A stretch of DNA of 63,974 bases, the filler included, from Octopus bimaculoides (lineage: Eukaryota), in the NCBI RefSeq assembly GCF_001194135.2. It is 7 parts of 7 records of this genome, joined end to end, with 100 filler letters (N's around TTAATTAATTAA, not from the genome) between each part and the next. Parts side by side here need not be neighbours in the genome. Positions count along the whole stretch, not along the records: positions 62,765 to 63,974 come from NW_026427164.1; 6 more parts are not named here. One strand, written 5' to 3'. Positions 63,000-63,974 of the stretch are shown here, piece after piece (position 1 is the stretch's first letter; the number at the start of each line of letters is the position of its first letter). Both the position numbers and the translations under genes were made by a program. Below the pieces are notes generated by a model, which did no database searches, was not told the origin of the DNA, and saw only the letters and a list, made by a program, of their open reading frames with translations.

Positions 63000-63974
63000 G
63001 GCCATGAACAAGGTAGCGCCAATAATCATAAAGTATATAAAACATTCTATGAATAAATGACAGACAGTGCAACAGCTCCAAACAAAAGAGAGACTCATGA
63101 AAACCAAAGCCACCCCCATCGGAAATGGATATGAAATTTGGCTTAGGAAAATGTGCCAAAGCAACCTTGAAAGAAGTAGTAACATCACACTAGATAAAGC
63201 AAATGAAATAACAGAATTAGACCAAGGCCAGATAATACAAATATTTAGGAATGAATGTACTAGATACGATACAAAATGCACAAATGAAAGAGATAATTAA
63301 AAAAGAATACTATAGAGAGCTAGATTAATAATGAAAACAGAGCTCAATGCGAAAAACATAATAGGTATCAACACTTTAGCCGTCCCAGTTGTAAGTTATA
63401 GGTACAATAAACTTAAATGAACACTATATGAGCTAATCAAAATAGATATTAAAAATAAAAATAATAATGACAGGATCCATGATGCGCCATCCAAAATCTA
63501 ACATAGAAAGGTTATATATACACCGTATAGAACGTGGTAGAGGTCTTAGATAGCTAGGAAATTATTACAAAATAGCCATGATAGGACTGCAAAAATACCT
63601 ACTTCAGAAGCAACGAAAACTAATACAAATAACCACAAAACACGAACAAAATTAAAAAAAACTGTTTTCAGTCTTTAAAGAAGCAAATACAAACAAGAAG
63701 TCATACTACCTTACAACTATGAAGAAAAAGAAGAAACAACAAATGCTGTAAAGCAAATGAATTCAAACTAAAACTAGAACAGCAACGAATCCTGATAAAA
63801 TGATGGTATTAAAAGCCCCTTCATGGCAAATACTGGGCTAAACTAAAGGAAACAGAAAGCGACAAAGCAAAATCCCAGCAATGGCTGAGAAGCTCAGGAC
63901 TCAAAGTAGAGACTAAAGGATGTCTAATTGCAGCACAAAACCAAAGCCTCCCCACCAGAAATTACCAAAAACAT
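63000..63974 (+). mobile_element. Decayed, internally deleted R4/Dong-like non-LTR retrotransposon (continues off the window)
   Basis: KTFYE*MTDSATAPNKRET, DMKFGLGKCAK, YKYLGM, KTELNAKN..GINTLAVPVVSY, HPKSNIERLYI.R..RGRGL, LHGKY, WLRSSGLKVETKGCLIAAQNQSLPTRNY. Confidence 0.9.

Overview
AT-rich, repeat-saturated animal genomic DNA with many N gaps. The tRNA-derived SINEs, RTE/CR1/R4-type LINE remnants and microsatellite load look like an Octopus-type cephalopod draft assembly (my recognition; no database search was run). Six synthetic joins (44 N + TTAATTAATTAA + 44 N) split the window into seven scaffold pieces, so nothing can be linked safely across them. I find no complete protein-coding gene. 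Almost all supplied ORFs are microsatellite or N-gap artefacts. The real coding remnants are transposon-derived: LINE RT (~620-1330), Penelope GIY-YIG endonuclease (~1885-2165), Gypsy integrase (~14150-14950, minus), RTE RT (29174-30999), several mariner pieces and R4/Dong-like RT (51486-51910, ~63000-63974). Host-gene signals are limited to a few candidate exons and a promoter-like motif cluster at ~14.9-15.2 kb. The most interesting signal is a dispersed set of hammerhead-ribozyme (HHR) motifs from several unrelated Penelope-like/retrozyme families. It includes an apparently intact back-to-back inverted HHR pair inside a 9-bp direct repeat (57049-57346) and an HHR-like fold with an extra GAAA hairpin in its core, next to a perfect 194-bp inverted duplication. 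Also notable: a palindromic MITE with a (TAACCC)n/(TTAGGG)n centre and 8-bp TSD, a mariner derivative built from two 5' ends, and a 2.7-kb CpG-rich ACGA/ACGT higher-order satellite.
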